64,000 nt of DNA from Haliotis rufescens. Lineage: Eukaryota. The stretch spans positions 34,658,001-34,722,000 of the forward strand of contig NW_025963791.1 of NCBI RefSeq assembly GCF_023055435.1, written 5' to 3'. Below the pieces are notes generated by a model, which was not told where the DNA came from, did not search any database, and was given only the letters and a program-made list of their open reading frames with translations. A program made the position numbers and the translations under genes. Every line of letters starts with the position of its first letter. Position 1 is the stretch's first letter. Of this stretch, positions 62,482 to 64,000 are shown piece after piece.

Positions 62482-63838
62482 GGCTGGTGTAGATACGTTG
62501 TGTAGACTACGATGGTGTAGACACGTTGTGTTGACTACGACTGGTGTAGACACGTTGTGTAGACTACGACTGGTGTAGACACGTTGTGTTTACTACGATG
62601 GTGTAGACACGTTGTGTTGACTACGATGGTGTAGACACGTTGTGTTGACTACGATGGTGTAGACACGTTGTGTTGACTACGGCTGGTGTAGACACGTTGT
62701 GTTGACTACGGCTGGTGTAGACAAGTTGTGTTGACTACGGCTGGTGTAGACACGTTGTGTTGACTACGACTGGTGTAGACACGTTGTGTAGACTACGGCT
62801 GGTGTAGACAAGTTGTGTTGAATACGACTGGTGTAGACACGTTGTGTAGACTACGGCTGGTGTAGACACGTTGTGTAGACTACGACTGGTGTAGACACGT
62901 TGTGTTGACTACGATGGTGTAGACACGTTGTGTTGACTACGATGGTGTAGACACGTTGTGTTGACTACGATGGTGTAGACACGTTGTGTAGACTACGACT
63001 GGTGTAGACACGTTGTGTTGACTACGATGGTGTAGACACGTTGTGTTGACTACGATGGTGTAGACACGTTGTGTAGACTACGACTGGTGTAGACACGTTG
63101 TGTTGACTACGATGGTGTAGACGTTGTGTTGACTACGGCTGGTGTAGACACGTTGTGTAGACTACGGCTGGTGTAGACACGTTGTGTAGACTACGACTGG
63201 TGTAGATACGTTGTGTTGACTACGATGGTGTAGACACGTTGTGTTGACTACGACTGGTGTAGACACGTTGTGTAGACTACGATGGTGTAGATACGTTGTG
63301 TTGACTACGATGGTGTAGACACGTTGTGTTGACTACGATGGTGTAGACACGTTGTGTTGACTACGACTGGTGTAGACACGTTGTGTTGACTACGACTGGT
63401 GTAGACACGTTGTGTAGACTACGACTGGTGTAGACACGTTGTGTAGACTACGACTGGTGTAGACACGTTGTGTAGACTACGATGGTGTAGATACGTTGTG
63501 TTGACTACGACTGGTGTAGACACGTTGTGTAGACTACGGCTGGTGTAGACACGTTGTGTAGACTACGATGGTGTAGACACGTTGTGTTGACTACGGCTGG
63601 TGTAGACACGTTGTGTTGACTACGACTGGTGTAGACGTTGTGTTGACTACGACTGGTGTAGACACGTTGTGTAGACTACGACTGGTGTAGACACGTTGTG
63701 TAGACTACGACTGGTGTAGACACGTTGTGTAGACTACGATGGTGTAGACACGTTGTGTTGACTACGGCTGGTGTAGACACGTTGTGTTGACTACGATGGT
63801 GTAGACACGTTGTGTTGACTACGATGGTGTAGACACGT
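62482..63838. repeat. Minisatellite, 28/29-bp GGTGTAGACACGTTGTGT(T/A)GACTACG(A/G)(C)T
   Basis: About 47 units. Confidence 0.97.
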
Positions 63839-63902
63839 AATATGACTGTGTCAATGGTTCGTGTCTTCGGGCTAGAGCCGGATGGATTGCTGGCACACAT
63901 AC

Positions 63903-63938
63903 AGAACGTCTTGTTTCGTTTTTTCAATATATATGGAC
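63903..63938 (-). CDS. Candidate 36-nt exon of the upstream gene (GPYILKKRNKTF)
   Basis: ctttttcag acceptor and GTATGT donor. The phase 1 to 1 reading is compatible with the 54458 exon. No homology support. Confidence 0.25.
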
Positions 63939-64000
63939 CTGAAAAAGTAGCCTGGACATTTGTAAATTGTATGACATAATTTATCACCATGTTGGAAACC

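Noticed and set aside
54555-63838. CRISPR-like arrays
   Set aside because: Head-to-tail tandem units with no unique spacers, no cas genes, and a eukaryotic context.

Overview
AT-rich, repeat-dense animal genomic DNA with spliceosomal introns. The repeat landscape looks molluscan, possibly gastropod or abalone-like (inference, not verified). The main content is a minus-strand multi-exon gene of the BCAP/PIK3AP1-BANK1-Dof adaptor family. I reconstructed 12 phase-compatible GT-AG coding exons by hand from 33647 to 12444 (2472 nt, about 823 aa). They encode a TIR-like N-terminus, a DBB domain, ankyrin repeats, and a Ser/Pro-rich tail with YMDM, YINQ and several YxxP motifs. Candidate 5' exons and a promoter lie out to about 50.9 kb. 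The probable 3' end of a second, unidentified minus-strand gene lies at 52-64 kb. The rest is repeats: three SINE-like families sharing one LINE-type 3' tail, a Meta-like SINE, two 5'-truncated LINEs (one with a 78-bp target duplication), a full-length dead mariner, several MITE families, Penelope-like remnants and about ten minisatellites, including a 4.6-kb 26-bp array. Two observations stand out. One is a miniature non-autonomous LTR element (16542-17134) whose ~161-bp LTRs contain a tRNA-Arg-like sequence and which carries a tRNA-Lys primer-binding site. The other is a complete orientation bias of the tRNA-Asp-derived (ACTC)n-tailed SINEs, all co-oriented with the host gene. All coordinates were read by eye and may be off by a few bases.
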